From NCBI GenBank assembly GCA_014730165.1, contig WJIS01000026.1, positions 1-61,877 on the forward strand: DNA of 61,877 nt, in the 5' to 3' direction. The notes below the pieces were generated by a model. The model was not told the DNA's origin and searched no databases. It saw only the letters and a program-made list of their open reading frames with translations. This document shows positions 37,604-47,711 of the stretch, one piece after another (within the stretch, counting starts at the first letter, position 1; every line of letters begins with the position of its first letter). The position numbers and the translations under genes were made by a program. This DNA comes from Promethearchaeota archaeon. GTDB taxonomy: Archaea > Asgardarchaeota > Lokiarchaeia > Sigyniarchaeales > SOKP01.

Positions 37604-39163
37604 TTATTTTACTACTTCAAAAGACAATCCAATAAATACGGGCCCTCTAATATCTACTTTCTTTTGATTAGAATGAATATATTCCATTATAATATCGTTA
37701 ATCTCGAGATTTATTTCTGATGCTCTGTAGCACATTTTAACTCTATATTCATATGATTCTTTTTTTTGGTCTAAAAGAATTTCAATATTATATGCCATCT
37801 CATTTGCTATTCCTTCCAAATAAGATTTTTCTGTATTATATGCATCATCTGGAGCCTTTTCAGAGGGAACTCCTATAATATTACCGTCTTTTATCCAAAT
37901 TTCATTCAGAGCTGCTGGACCTAGGAGGGTAACACCTACATCTCTTTCCCATATTTTAACTTCAATTTTTTTATCATTTACTTCTCCTTCCCAAACGGAT
38001 ATTTCAGTGGGGGATTTTTTTACTATATTATCTAAAGCAGATTTTATAATCGCATCTCGGATTTCAATTCCTTTTTGAGTTGAAGGTTTATATTTATATT
38101 TAATTCCTTTAGCGATTTCCTTATTAGAAAATGAGATATCTTCATAAAAATATGGATATACTAATTTTCTGATATCTTCGATTCCAGATTTAATCATACA
38201 TATCCTCTCCACTCCAAATCCAATATTAAACACAGGATATTCAATGTCGTATTTCGCAAGACTAATTGGGCTATAAAAACCGCCATCTCCAATTTCTATC
38301 CATTCCTTCGTTGTTGGATGCTCAACAAAGATTTCAAATTCGGTTTGCGGAGCATAATACTTTGATGTGGCTTTCTTGATTTCCGTTTTATTATTTTTAA
38401 AACCTAATTTCTTGGTAATATCTGATGCTATTTTTTTACAATCTTCTAATGAAATTTTATCTGCCATAATTACTATAGATAAAGTATACGAGTCATAGAG
38501 ATGAGTAGCATCTATTTTTTGCTCTCTTCTAAATTTTTTTGCAACTGAAAAATATTGAAGTGGCAAAGCTTTCTTTTTTTTAAGCTCGCTTAAAACTATA
38601 AACCATAACGCGGTAGTGTGACTTCGAAGTGTTGTTTTCGTAGGAATAGGTTTTAATTCTTTTAATTCCGGAAAGATTTTATCGATTATTTCAGTCGCCT
38701 GACTTTCCAAAATTTGTAAATTTTCAACAAATACTTCGATCAAATCGTCAGCCTCAATTTCTCCTTTTTTATATTCTCTAAAAATGTGTTTTAGCTCATC
38801 AATTTTGCTAAATTGAGGGATTAATGATCTTATCTTATTTATTTTTTCATTTGAAAGACCAATATCTGGTCTAGGGAGTCCTGCTAGATAAAATAATCTA
38901 TCCAGAATAAGAACTGCTTCAGGACCGTATTGTTTATAGATTTCATCCTCTTCTACAAACATTGGTAGAATTAACTCTTCAAATCCTAAGTTGATAAGCA
39001 TATTTCTTGAATCTTCAATAAAATCTTGAATTTCATGAGACTTGCCTTTTTTTTCAAGTGAAAAATAATCACCTTCTAATAATAACTCATTTTTTGATTC
39101 TAACCATGCGTTTTCATAATCTTTCTTTGCTTCTCTTTTAAGCTTTCCTACGTCAAATGGCAT
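37604..39163 (-). CDS. sepS: O-phosphoserine--tRNA(Cys) ligase (SepRS)
   Basis: 519 aa. Strong resemblance to methanogen SepRS blocks: IYKQYGPEAVLILDRLFYLAGLPRPDIGLSNEKI, LRSHTTALWF, KKFRREQK, YYAPQTEFE, FNIGFGVERI and LLGPAALNEIW..GNIIGVP. Confidence 0.85.
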   Translation of the reverse strand: MPFDVGKLKREAKKDYENAWLESKNELLLEGDYFSLEKKGKSHEIQDFIEDSRNMLINLGFEELILPMFVEEDEIYKQYGPEAVLILDRLFYLAGLPRPDIGLSNEKINKIRSLIPQFSKIDELKHIFREYKKGEIEADDLIEVFVENLQILESQATEIIDKIFPELKELKPIPTKTTLRSHTTALWFIVLSELKKKKALPLQYFSVAKKFRREQKIDATHLYDSYTLSIVIMADKISLEDCKKIASDITKKLGFKNNKTEIKKATSKYYAPQTEFEIFVEHPTTKEWIEIGDGGFYSPISLAKYDIEYPVFNIGFGVERICMIKSGIEDIRKLVYPYFYEDISFSNKEIAKGIKYKYKPSTQKGIEIRDAIIKSALDNIVKKSPTEISVWEGEVNDKKIEVKIWERDVGVTLLGPAALNEIWIKDGNIIGVPSEKAPDDAYNTEKSYLEGIANEMAYNIEILLDQKKESYEYRVKMCYRASEINLEINDIIMEYIHSNQKKVDIRGPVFIGLSFEVVK

Positions 39164-39328
39164 TTTTGGACTTGTATTGACAAATTTTGTGATAATGATG
39201 TCATATATCTTTAATAATTAGACAAATATCTGATTTTATTAGAATTTTTTTAAATAATTAAATCCACTATTGATACTTGGAAATTTAAGAGATTTATCAT
39301 AAAAAATATGTATAAATAAAATCTCCTA

Positions 39329-39946
39329 TTATTTATTTGAATTTTCCTTTAGTAATTCAGAGAGTTTATCCATTTGTAAAGATAGAGAAATATCTCCTCT
39401 CGTTTTTTCAATTAAACGCCGTGCAGTATCTGTTTTATGTCTTAAATCTTTAGTTAAACCACTCGGATAATCTAAGGAAAATAAATAAGTATATATTTCA
39501 TCCATTGTTTCTAAAATTCTGTTCAAATTATCAATATCAGAATTTCGTATACTATCAAGAATAAAGCGTCTCAATTCTCCAACAACATCAGCTAAACCTA
39601 AAGTGTAATGAAGGGCATCCACTTCTAATTCTTCATAATTTGGAATTTTTTTTTTCTGGATAATTGAATATAAACAAATTGCTTCAACATATTCTTGCTC
39701 TGGTGTGCTTAAATATTTATGAAAATATCCGGGATTAGTATTGATTAGATCTCTATATTCATTTAAGTCTCTTTTAATAATTTCTATTTGATTTTCATAA
39801 TCATTAAATTCTTCTCTATGTATTGCTTTTATAGCATTACTACATTTTCTCGTGATTTGTCGAGAAATTTTTAAAATTTTTTCTCGATTTTCATCCAATT
39901 TGTCCAAGTTATCAGTTACCTTTGAAATATTGTTTTTAAGAGTCAT
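39329..39946 (-). CDS. Translin-family protein
   Basis: 205 aa, all-helical. REKILKISRQITRKCSNAIKAIHR and YTLGLADVVGELRRFIL match the archaeal translin (COG2178-type) pattern. Confidence 0.65.
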   Translation of the reverse strand: MTLKNNISKVTDNLDKLDENREKILKISRQITRKCSNAIKAIHREEFNDYENQIEIIKRDLNEYRDLINTNPGYFHKYLSTPEQEYVEAICLYSIIQKKKIPNYEELEVDALHYTLGLADVVGELRRFILDSIRNSDIDNLNRILETMDEIYTYLFSLDYPSGLTKDLRHKTDTARRLIEKTRGDISLSLQMDKLSELLKENSNK

Positions 39947-40057
39947 AATTAAGATAAAATTAGAAATAATTATTTTGAATTTTTAATAATAATAATTATC
40001 AAAAATATTTGATTTTTATCTAAATATAGTTAATCAAACTTATCCGATGCGATATTA

Positions 40058-42115
40058 TTGAAAATTTTATTGATTCATTCCAAAGATGTTGAAGTTCATA
40101 AGAATAAGGAAGCTACTACTAATCCTCAAGAGTTTGAGAAAGATCTAATCAAAATGGAAGGATTAGTATTAGTTGCATTTGTATCTGTTGAAGATCAAGA
40201 TACTTACGACACAGAAATAATAGCAAAACAAGGAGCGGAAGTAATTGAAGACGCAATTTTATCAATCACGAGTTTTCCCGATAAAATACGCCAAAAAAAT
40301 GAAGAAATTAGAGAATATAATAGAAAGATTGAAAAAGAAGAAAAAAAAGGAAAACCACGTAAATTAAAAGAATTAATATTAGACAGAGAACTTTACAGAG
40401 TTGATAAGGTTTTAGTATATCCATGGGCTCACTTAAGCAAATTTCTAAGTAGCGATCCACGAGCTATGGATGTTTGTCCAAGAATTGCGGGGTTATTACA
40501 AGAAAAAGGTATAGAATCCGCATATTCTCCTTTTGGTTGGTATAAATCATTTAAAATTAATTGTTTAGGTCATGAATTAGCTGAAATGTATCGGGATATA
40601 AAATTGTACATACAACCTGAAGAACATCTAGAATCCGCGAAATTTAAAGTAATTACTCCTGATGGAAAGGAACTTGATATTAAATTTGATAATGAGAAAA
40701 ATTATATTCGGCTAGATGAAATAAAGGATTTGGACTTTCATCTTTTCCTAGAATCTGAACTGGGAAGTAGACGAGTAGATAAAGGAGAGGAACCAATTCA
40801 TATAAAAAATATGAAGGAATTCGAGTTAATTGATTTTGAACCCAATACTGATTCTGGAAACTTAAGATGGTATACAAAAGGTGTAATAATGAAGAATTTG
40901 ATCAAGCGATATACCGAAGATTCCTTGATAGATTTTGGAGCAATATTAGTTGATACTCCTATAATGTATACTGTTAAGAATGATAAATTAACCGCGCAAA
41001 CTGCAAGGTTCCCTGCACGAACTTATTGGGTTGAATCAGGAAATGACAGATATTTACTAAGATTTGCTGGAGATTTCCTTCAATTTGACATGTTAAGCAA
41101 TATGAATTTAAAGCCCCAGTATTTTCCTCTAAGACTATATGAATGGGAGCAATATGATTTTCGAAGAGAGCAAGAAGGGGAATTAAGCGGATTGAGGAGG
41201 TTAAGGGGTTTTGTAATGCCCGATTTTCATACTCTTTGTAAAGATCTTGATTCAGCAATAGTTGAATTCAAAAACCAATACAAGTTAGATAGGAAACTTG
41301 AAGAAGATTTAGGTATCAAATCAAATTTAATATTTCGAACTACGCAAGATTTTTATGAACAGAATAAAGACTGGATAATAGAACTCATCAATTCAGAAGG
41401 GAAACCTGCATTATTGGAATTATGGGAAGATAGATACTATTATTTTATTTTGAAATTTGAACGTACTGTCCTTTCTGCTCAAGATAAAAGTGCTACTTTA
41501 GCGACCATCCAGATAGACGTAGAGAGTTCTTTGGAATACATCGAACAAGACGGAAAGAAAAGGCAAAAATATAATATAAAATTCGAAGATACTGATGGAA
41601 AAGTTAAACATCCTGTGATCCTTCATAATTCTCCAACGGGAGGATTAGAAAGAATATTATGGGGTTTAATTGAAATAGCAGAGCGTGACATTGATACTTG
41701 TGTACCTGGATTTAAAGCTTGGCTTTCTCCCGTACAAATTCGTGTTCTAACTATAAGTGAAGAACAAAATGAGTATGGAAACAAGATAATGGAAGAATTA
41801 AATCAAAGAGGTTTTAGAGCGGATTTAGATGACAGGGATGAGTCTTTAGGCAAGAAAATTCGACGAGCAGAAGTTGATTGGATACCTTATACCATTATAG
41901 TCGGAGGAAAAGAAGAGGAAAATGAAACCATTTCCATACGTAAACGTCTTATCGGAGAGAAATTTGGAGCAAAGAAATCAACCTCGAAACAAATTAATAA
42001 TATCAGTTTAGAAGACCTCATTGAAATGTTGAATGAGGATACTAAAGGATTTCCAAAATATAAACTCCCAAAACCTTTTAGAAAATTTTCAACAAAAGTT
42101 TACTTTAGAAAATAG
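40058..42115 (+). CDS. thrS: Threonine--tRNA ligase, archaeal type with N-terminal DTD-like editing domain
   Basis: 685 aa. The N-terminal (M)KILLIHSKDVEVH... is typical of the archaeal ThrRS editing domain. Class II core and anticodon-binding C-terminus follow (HNSPTGGLERILWGLIE; ISIRKR). The start codon is a TTG at 40058, with no in-frame ATG nearby. Confidence 0.85.
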   Translation: MKILLIHSKDVEVHKNKEATTNPQEFEKDLIKMEGLVLVAFVSVEDQDTYDTEIIAKQGAEVIEDAILSITSFPDKIRQKNEEIREYNRKIEKEEKKGKPRKLKELILDRELYRVDKVLVYPWAHLSKFLSSDPRAMDVCPRIAGLLQEKGIESAYSPFGWYKSFKINCLGHELAEMYRDIKLYIQPEEHLESAKFKVITPDGKELDIKFDNEKNYIRLDEIKDLDFHLFLESELGSRRVDKGEEPIHIKNMKEFELIDFEPNTDSGNLRWYTKGVIMKNLIKRYTEDSLIDFGAILVDTPIMYTVKNDKLTAQTARFPARTYWVESGNDRYLLRFAGDFLQFDMLSNMNLKPQYFPLRLYEWEQYDFRREQEGELSGLRRLRGFVMPDFHTLCKDLDSAIVEFKNQYKLDRKLEEDLGIKSNLIFRTTQDFYEQNKDWIIELINSEGKPALLELWEDRYYYFILKFERTVLSAQDKSATLATIQIDVESSLEYIEQDGKKRQKYNIKFEDTDGKVKHPVILHNSPTGGLERILWGLIEIAERDIDTCVPGFKAWLSPVQIRVLTISEEQNEYGNKIMEELNQRGFRADLDDRDESLGKKIRRAEVDWIPYTIIVGGKEEENETISIRKRLIGEKFGAKKSTSKQINNISLEDLIEMLNEDTKGFPKYKLPKPFRKFSTKVYFRK

Positions 42116-42127
42116 TTTTAGAAGAAA

Positions 42128-42751
42128 ATGGCGATTAAAGCAATCATATTTGATTTAGGAGGGGTTATAGTAGAGTTAGATTTCTCTAAATTTTATGAGG
42201 AGATAATTTCACCTTCTCCGTTAAATAAACCACAAGCGCCATTGATGTTAAAGTTTTTTCGACAATCAGATATATATCACCAAGGAAATATGTCTGATGA
42301 GGAGTTCTATCATTTAGCATGCAATATACTTCAAACAGATAAATGTATATTAGATGAAGAGAGATTCTTCAAAGCCTTTAATAGTATTATATCTGGGAAA
42401 AATGATGAGATTATAGAGATATTAAAAAAAATCAAAGAGAATTATAAATTAATGTGTATTTCCAATATTAATTCAAGTCATTGGGAATATTTACAACAAA
42501 AGAATTGGGAATTTATCGAATATTTTGATGAACTAATATTATCGCACGAAATCCATATGACGAAACCTAATCCAGAAATATATCAATACACTATAGAAAA
42601 AGCAGATTGTAATCCAAATGAGATTTTATTTATTGATGATGGATTGAATAATGTACAAGCTGCAGAAAAATTTGGAATCATTGGGATTAAGTATCAGAAT
42701 CCTAAACAATTAATTAGAGAATTAAGTAATTTTGGTGTTAAAGTTGAATAA
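42128..42751 (+). CDS. HAD-superfamily hydrolase (subfamily IA-like)
   Basis: 207 aa. Motif I is IIFDLGGVIV and motif IV-like is LFIDDGLNNV. Confidence 0.75.
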   Translation: MAIKAIIFDLGGVIVELDFSKFYEEIISPSPLNKPQAPLMLKFFRQSDIYHQGNMSDEEFYHLACNILQTDKCILDEERFFKAFNSIISGKNDEIIEILKKIKENYKLMCISNINSSHWEYLQQKNWEFIEYFDELILSHEIHMTKPNPEIYQYTIEKADCNPNEILFIDDGLNNVQAAEKFGIIGIKYQNPKQLIRELSNFGVKVE

Positions 42752-42799
42752 AGTGAAAAACCAATTTGATTTTATATAATTTCCGTAAGTAAGATCTCT

Positions 42800-43303
42800 T
42801 TATACAAGATTTTTTACGGCAGATTTCGCGATTAAAGTAAAAGCATCCTCGACATTATTACCTGTTTTTGCTGAAGTCTCCATATATTCACAACTTAATC
42901 GCTTTGCTAGATCTTCTGCTTCCTTTCTATCTACTTTTCTTTCTAAATCAATTTTATTACCGATAAGAATCATTGGAATATTTTTCTTCACTGATTTTTT
43001 AATGGATGAAATCCAACCAGGAATTTTTAAAAGCGATTGAGGGTCTACCACATCAAAAATTCCAAGGGCAGCATTACTTCCCTTAAAGTAGATCGTTCTT
43101 AACCTTGCGAAATTAGTTTGGCCTGCAATATCCCAAATTAACATTCTTACTTCCGTTCCATCAACTCTTACATCTTTAACCAAGAAGTTTGACCCAATTG
43201 TTTTCTTTAAATCTGAGCTGAAAGTATTTTTGACATACCTCTGTACTAATGACGTTTTTCCAACGCCCTCTGGTCCAAAAAGGCATAATTTTATTTTTAA
43301 CAT
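42800..43303 (-). CDS. Ras/Rab-like small GTPase
   Basis: 167 aa with all G-boxes: G1 GPEGVGKTS, switch I T (KKTIG), G3 WDIAGQ, G4 GNKIDL, G5 ETSAK. No C-terminal Cys prenylation motif. Confidence 0.85.
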   Translation of the reverse strand: MLKIKLCLFGPEGVGKTSLVQRYVKNTFSSDLKKTIGSNFLVKDVRVDGTEVRMLIWDIAGQTNFARLRTIYFKGSNAALGIFDVVDPQSLLKIPGWISSIKKSVKKNIPMILIGNKIDLERKVDRKEAEDLAKRLSCEYMETSAKTGNNVEDAFTLIAKSAVKNLV

Positions 43304-43455
43304 GATTTAGAAGATAGTGTTATAATTAGTAAGTGAAATGAAACTATATTCAATATTTCTAATATAGTCTTATAAATATTTATATATTTATGAAATCAGC
43401 AAAAGAAATTAATAATTTTATGTAATTTGGTTTTAATTAAATTTTATAAAATCTG

Positions 43456-44796
43456 TTAAGATAATTCTTTTTCTATCGATTTTATACCCTTCTTTGCTTT
43501 TTCATAAGCTTTCTCCGAAGTTTTCTTTATCCCATCTCCTGTTTTTTCCCCGATTCTGCCCATTTGAATCATTAACCATTCCGGAGAGCCAACTCCTCCA
43601 GCAAAATGATTCCATATATACATCATAAAACCTAATAATCCAACAAATCCAAAATAGGCAACAGCAAAATACCAAACTGGAAGAAATCGTGCATAAATAA
43701 ATATAAAACCGAAATGCATCATAAATAATGAGAGAGAAATCTTTCCATAAAAGATCATCATTCGAACAAATTTTCCTTTACGTTCATTGATGTCTATTAA
43801 ATATAAAGAAACTGAAATTATCATCAAAGCAGCTCCAAGATTATATAACATTTGTGACGACATGTTTCTAATAAGAAATTCAGGCATACCAGGAAAATTA
43901 AAAGTTGGGATTATATTTTGTGAATTTGCTGTTTCTAATAGGAAGATATGTGGATATAAGTCAGAATTTATGGTGTCCAAAGTATGTAGACGAAATCCAA
44001 AAATGATCCCACTTATTAATAATGTTATTCCCCAGAATAAAAAAAGTCTAACTAATCCAATAAAAGCATCTCTGGTATCTTTCTCCATGGCTTCATACAA
44101 GTACTCTCCGAAAATTGTTGATATAAAACTAATCGAGATCCATGGAAGAACAGGCATCTGAGCTACGGGTGAGGTTGCTATAAAATCCAATATCCAGAAA
44201 AGAATATTGGTATCTTTTCCTTGATAAAATAATTCTACTAAGGCAGGTGAATAAAAGATAATAATCAATCCAAGAATAATTCGCGTCATTTTGCTCATTT
44301 TTAAGCTGTAATATGAAAAAATCTGAGAAAATCCTATGAAAAATAGAATATTCCAGCCCCATAGACTAAAAGGAAAAATGTAGGTATTAAAATTGACTAA
44401 TGCATTAAAAATAGCACCAATCAGAATTAATGTTAAACCTCTTGAGAATATTCTATTTCGAATAATCTTTTGAGGGAGGCGCTTTTCTTTTCTTTTAATA
44501 CTAAAGATCACAGATAAAGCAGATAAGAATGTAAATAATGATGGGCCCAATATATCTAACCAAGCAAATACAATCCCAACAAGAAAAAGCCACTGATTAT
44601 TTAACCATTCAGCTCCTATATGTGCTAACATAATGAAAATTATTGCGAAACCCTTTACAAAATCTATACTCTCCAATCTTTTTGGAGAAGCATAATCTTC
44701 TATATCCTCAATTGGGATTTCTTCCCGTAAATAATTAAAAACATGTGGAGATTCGGTGTTTTTCTTCTCAATAAATCCTTTCTGATTGGTTGACAT
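43456..44796 (-). CDS. Polytopic membrane protein, DUF1624/acyltransferase-3-like
   Basis: 446 aa with more than 10 TM helices. The N-terminal RLESIDFVKGFAIIFIMLAHI resembles the R..s.D..RG..i..M...H start of HGSNAT-like/acyltransferase-3 proteins. Confidence 0.45.
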   Translation of the reverse strand: MSTNQKGFIEKKNTESPHVFNYLREEIPIEDIEDYASPKRLESIDFVKGFAIIFIMLAHIGAEWLNNQWLFLVGIVFAWLDILGPSLFTFLSALSVIFSIKRKEKRLPQKIIRNRIFSRGLTLILIGAIFNALVNFNTYIFPFSLWGWNILFFIGFSQIFSYYSLKMSKMTRIILGLIIIFYSPALVELFYQGKDTNILFWILDFIATSPVAQMPVLPWISISFISTIFGEYLYEAMEKDTRDAFIGLVRLFLFWGITLLISGIIFGFRLHTLDTINSDLYPHIFLLETANSQNIIPTFNFPGMPEFLIRNMSSQMLYNLGAALMIISVSLYLIDINERKGKFVRMMIFYGKISLSLFMMHFGFIFIYARFLPVWYFAVAYFGFVGLLGFMMYIWNHFAGGVGSPEWLMIQMGRIGEKTGDGIKKTSEKAYEKAKKGIKSIEKELS

Positions 44797-44935
44797 ATCT
44801 CATTCAGTAAGTTCTAACTAATTAATTATATTTAAAAAAATTATAAATTCCGTTAAACTATTATTTTAATGATATTGTATATTAAGTTTATTGTTTATTA
44901 TCATTTTGATTAATAGTAATTAAAAAAATTTGATT

Positions 44936-45355
44936 ATGATGAATTTAAAGTCGTTTCTAGATATTAAGCTCTTAGGAATTGTTGGAGCCATTTTAGTTTT
45001 ATTATCCGAAATTCTACCTTGGAGTTCGAGCTATAGTCTTCTTGAAATATATGTTATCACGATAAATGTTCAGATCGAGAATGCTTTTCTATTTCTTTTT
45101 CCAATTGTAAGTGGAATTTTATCCCTTATAGCAAATATAATCCAATTTACTAAACTTAAAGAAAAAGTGGAATTTTATATTTTAGACATAATGAGTCTCG
45201 GTTTATTGTTCCTTTTTTTCTTTGAAATAATTCCAGATGAGTTAATTTATTATTTAGATTATATCGGAATTTATTTTTGTATCTCTGGATTGTTATTTAT
45301 TTTAATTAATCTGATCCTCAGATTAACCTCTAATAAAAAGAAGGATGTGAAATAA
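44936..45355 (+). CDS. Small integral membrane protein
   Basis: About 139 aa with 4 hydrophobic helices. Its stop overlaps the next gene's ATG (TAATG). Confidence 0.45.
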   Translation: MMNLKSFLDIKLLGIVGAILVLLSEILPWSSSYSLLEIYVITINVQIENAFLFLFPIVSGILSLIANIIQFTKLKEKVEFYILDIMSLGLLFLFFFEIIPDELIYYLDYIGIYFCISGLLFILINLILRLTSNKKKDVK

Positions 45356-46245
45356 TGGCTCAAGATAAGTTTCCTAAAGAACTAAGAGAAAATAATGATA
45401 TAGATCTTGATGAAAAAGAATCGGAATTTTACTACGCGCTTGGTCATGATCTAAGAAGGAAAATCATAAAAATAATCGGTGAGAATGAATACTCCTCATT
45501 TACTAGCCTAAAAAAACAATTAGAAGTATCAACAGGAACGATTTATCATCATCTTGAAACCCTTTCGAAGTTGATTGGACAAAAAAAGAATAAGAAATAT
45601 TACTTAACCGATTTAGGATTGGTCGCATACAATTCTCTGCAAAATAATATTAAAATAATTGAAACTCCTGAATTGGATGGAAAGGAATTAAGAATGCCCC
45701 TTTTTGCTGAGATTTCTGATTTTTTATTAAAAAACACGATAAAATTCGAAAAGAGAAGTAAAATTTATTCTTTCATTATCGTTTTTGGATTTCTTATTGG
45801 AGGATTTATCTTTTGCGAATTAAATAGAAGTTATTCAATATTACTCTTTTTCAGAAGGTTTGAGAATTTTGAGGTACCAATATTTTATGGAGTAAGCTTT
45901 CTTCTCAACTTTATCGTGTTCTATTTTCTCATAGAAGCAATGTCAAGAATAATTTATGGAAATTATACTAATTCTAAGATATTCTTAAGATCCTTTCCCA
46001 TAGTTTTTTTTCCAATCTTGTTATACCTTGTAATAGATTGGCTATTTCTTATCTCTGGGATAATTGATAATACATTTGGATATTTAATAAATAAGATGCT
46101 TATGATCTTCTTACAAGCATGTTCGATTTGGGTTCTATCTTACACGTTAAATCGAATAAAAGAGATTAAAATGGAAAGTGGATTGATAATTGGATTACTA
46201 ATTTATTTAAGTGGGTTTATCATCATTTTATTTGCTTCTTTATAA
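45355..46245 (+). CDS. ArsR-like wHTH fused to a multi-pass membrane domain
   Basis: 296 aa. N-terminal YALGHDLRRKIIKIIGENEYSSFTSLKKQLEVSTGTIYHHLETL, followed by about 5 TM helices. Confidence 0.55.
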   Translation: MAQDKFPKELRENNDIDLDEKESEFYYALGHDLRRKIIKIIGENEYSSFTSLKKQLEVSTGTIYHHLETLSKLIGQKKNKKYYLTDLGLVAYNSLQNNIKIIETPELDGKELRMPLFAEISDFLLKNTIKFEKRSKIYSFIIVFGFLIGGFIFCELNRSYSILLFFRRFENFEVPIFYGVSFLLNFIVFYFLIEAMSRIIYGNYTNSKIFLRSFPIVFFPILLYLVIDWLFLISGIIDNTFGYLINKMLMIFLQACSIWVLSYTLNRIKEIKMESGLIIGLLIYLSGFIIILFASL

Positions 46246-47550
46246 TATTATAAAATCCATTTCTTCCAATTCCCTTTTAATAGATAAGATCTTATTATTA
46301 GACTCCCTTAAAGTTTTTTCATTTGTTGCTATGAAGCAAGAATAATTAGAGTTAGATTCAAATGTTATTGGTGGGGTTATAAATTCTGGAAACCGTTCCA
46401 ATAGAGGAGAGATTATTCTCTCATTGATTTCTAATTGAGAAGAACTACCCTTATATTTCAAATCAAGACGCTTGAAAACAGAGGTTTTATTCTTCTGAAT
46501 ATTATTTTCCAAATCATCCACATGCATTTCACCCGTTACTGATTTTAAAATTAATTCAGCAGGGTTCAGTTTGAGTATATTTCTTATACCCAGATATGAA
46601 GTGGTTAATCTTGGATTTATTTCAATATACATAGGATAACTATTGGTTGAGATGAGATCAATACCAAAATAACCGACGAAATTGGTAAGATCCATCGATT
46701 TGAGATCACGACGGATAATCTTAGATAAATCTATATCTTCATCTACAGGAGTATATCCCCCTAAATACTCTGAGGAATTATGATTCTTAGTGAGTCTAAT
46801 ATTTTGAGCATTAAATGATAATATAAAAGGGTGGATATTGGATTTCTTATTATTTTCAATTCCAATTAGAGATAGACTTAAATTCTCACCGGCAATATAT
46901 TCTTGCAAGATATATGAACGATCTTTTTCAATAAAGTTAACCTTATCTTCATAGAATTGATTTATATCTTCTTTTGTTTCAAAATAGAATATGTATTCTG
47001 CTCCAACTCCATCTTCAGGTTTCACTATGATAGGAGAGTTAAGATCTTTCAGCTTTTTAATAAGAAACGCCTTTTTTGGAAGATTATCGTGGTTTGGAAC
47101 AATATAGGTTTTGGGAGTAGATAACTCATTCGCTAGAAAATACTTATATGTGCTAAATTTTGAGGTTGCTAGTTCTATTGCTTTAGGATTAACATTTAAT
47201 AACTTTTTACCGGCTTTTATTACTAGTTTGGTTAATTCCAGTAAAATATTTGAAAATTCAGGAGCAATAATATAACAATAATCAGATTTTGAAATAGATT
47301 CCTTAAAGAGTTTAACATATTCTGAATTTTTTGAGCAAATTATGAAATTATCAATTGGAAGTAATTCATGGAGAAAGGAGATTCTCTCATCTAATAGGGT
47401 TATTATCTTAAATCCTATCTTCTTCAAATCAGTACAAATAGCTCTTAACATACTAAATCCCTCACAAAATAAAGATACTGGGATTTGTTCTTTATTGAAC
47501 CCCCCTCCAGAGACAAATTCACAAATAAAAATACAATTTGACATTTCCAT
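46240..47550 (-). CDS. ATP-grasp ligase (COG1821/MfnD-like architecture)
   Basis: 436 aa. N-terminal FICEFVSGGGF...CEGFSMLRAI, then ATP-grasp blocks IIVKPEDGVGAE, ILQEYIAGENLSLSL and YIEINPRLTTSY. Confidence 0.55.
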   Translation of the reverse strand: MEMSNCIFICEFVSGGGFNKEQIPVSLFCEGFSMLRAICTDLKKIGFKIITLLDERISFLHELLPIDNFIICSKNSEYVKLFKESISKSDYCYIIAPEFSNILLELTKLVIKAGKKLLNVNPKAIELATSKFSTYKYFLANELSTPKTYIVPNHDNLPKKAFLIKKLKDLNSPIIVKPEDGVGAEYIFYFETKEDINQFYEDKVNFIEKDRSYILQEYIAGENLSLSLIGIENNKKSNIHPFILSFNAQNIRLTKNHNSSEYLGGYTPVDEDIDLSKIIRRDLKSMDLTNFVGYFGIDLISTNSYPMYIEINPRLTTSYLGIRNILKLNPAELILKSVTGEMHVDDLENNIQKNKTSVFKRLDLKYKGSSSQLEINERIISPLLERFPEFITPPITFESNSNYSCFIATNEKTLRESNNKILSIKRELEEMDFIIL

Positions 47551-47711
47551 AATTCATTAAATTATTCCAATTTAAATGTTAATAAATTCAGATATAATAA
47601 AAGCATATTATTTAATAATTCCAATAATTGAAATTTCTCCGTTCATTCATTAAATTAAATATTATTCTTTCATAACTTAAATTAATATAAATATAAAAGA
47701 AAGGATGTAAA

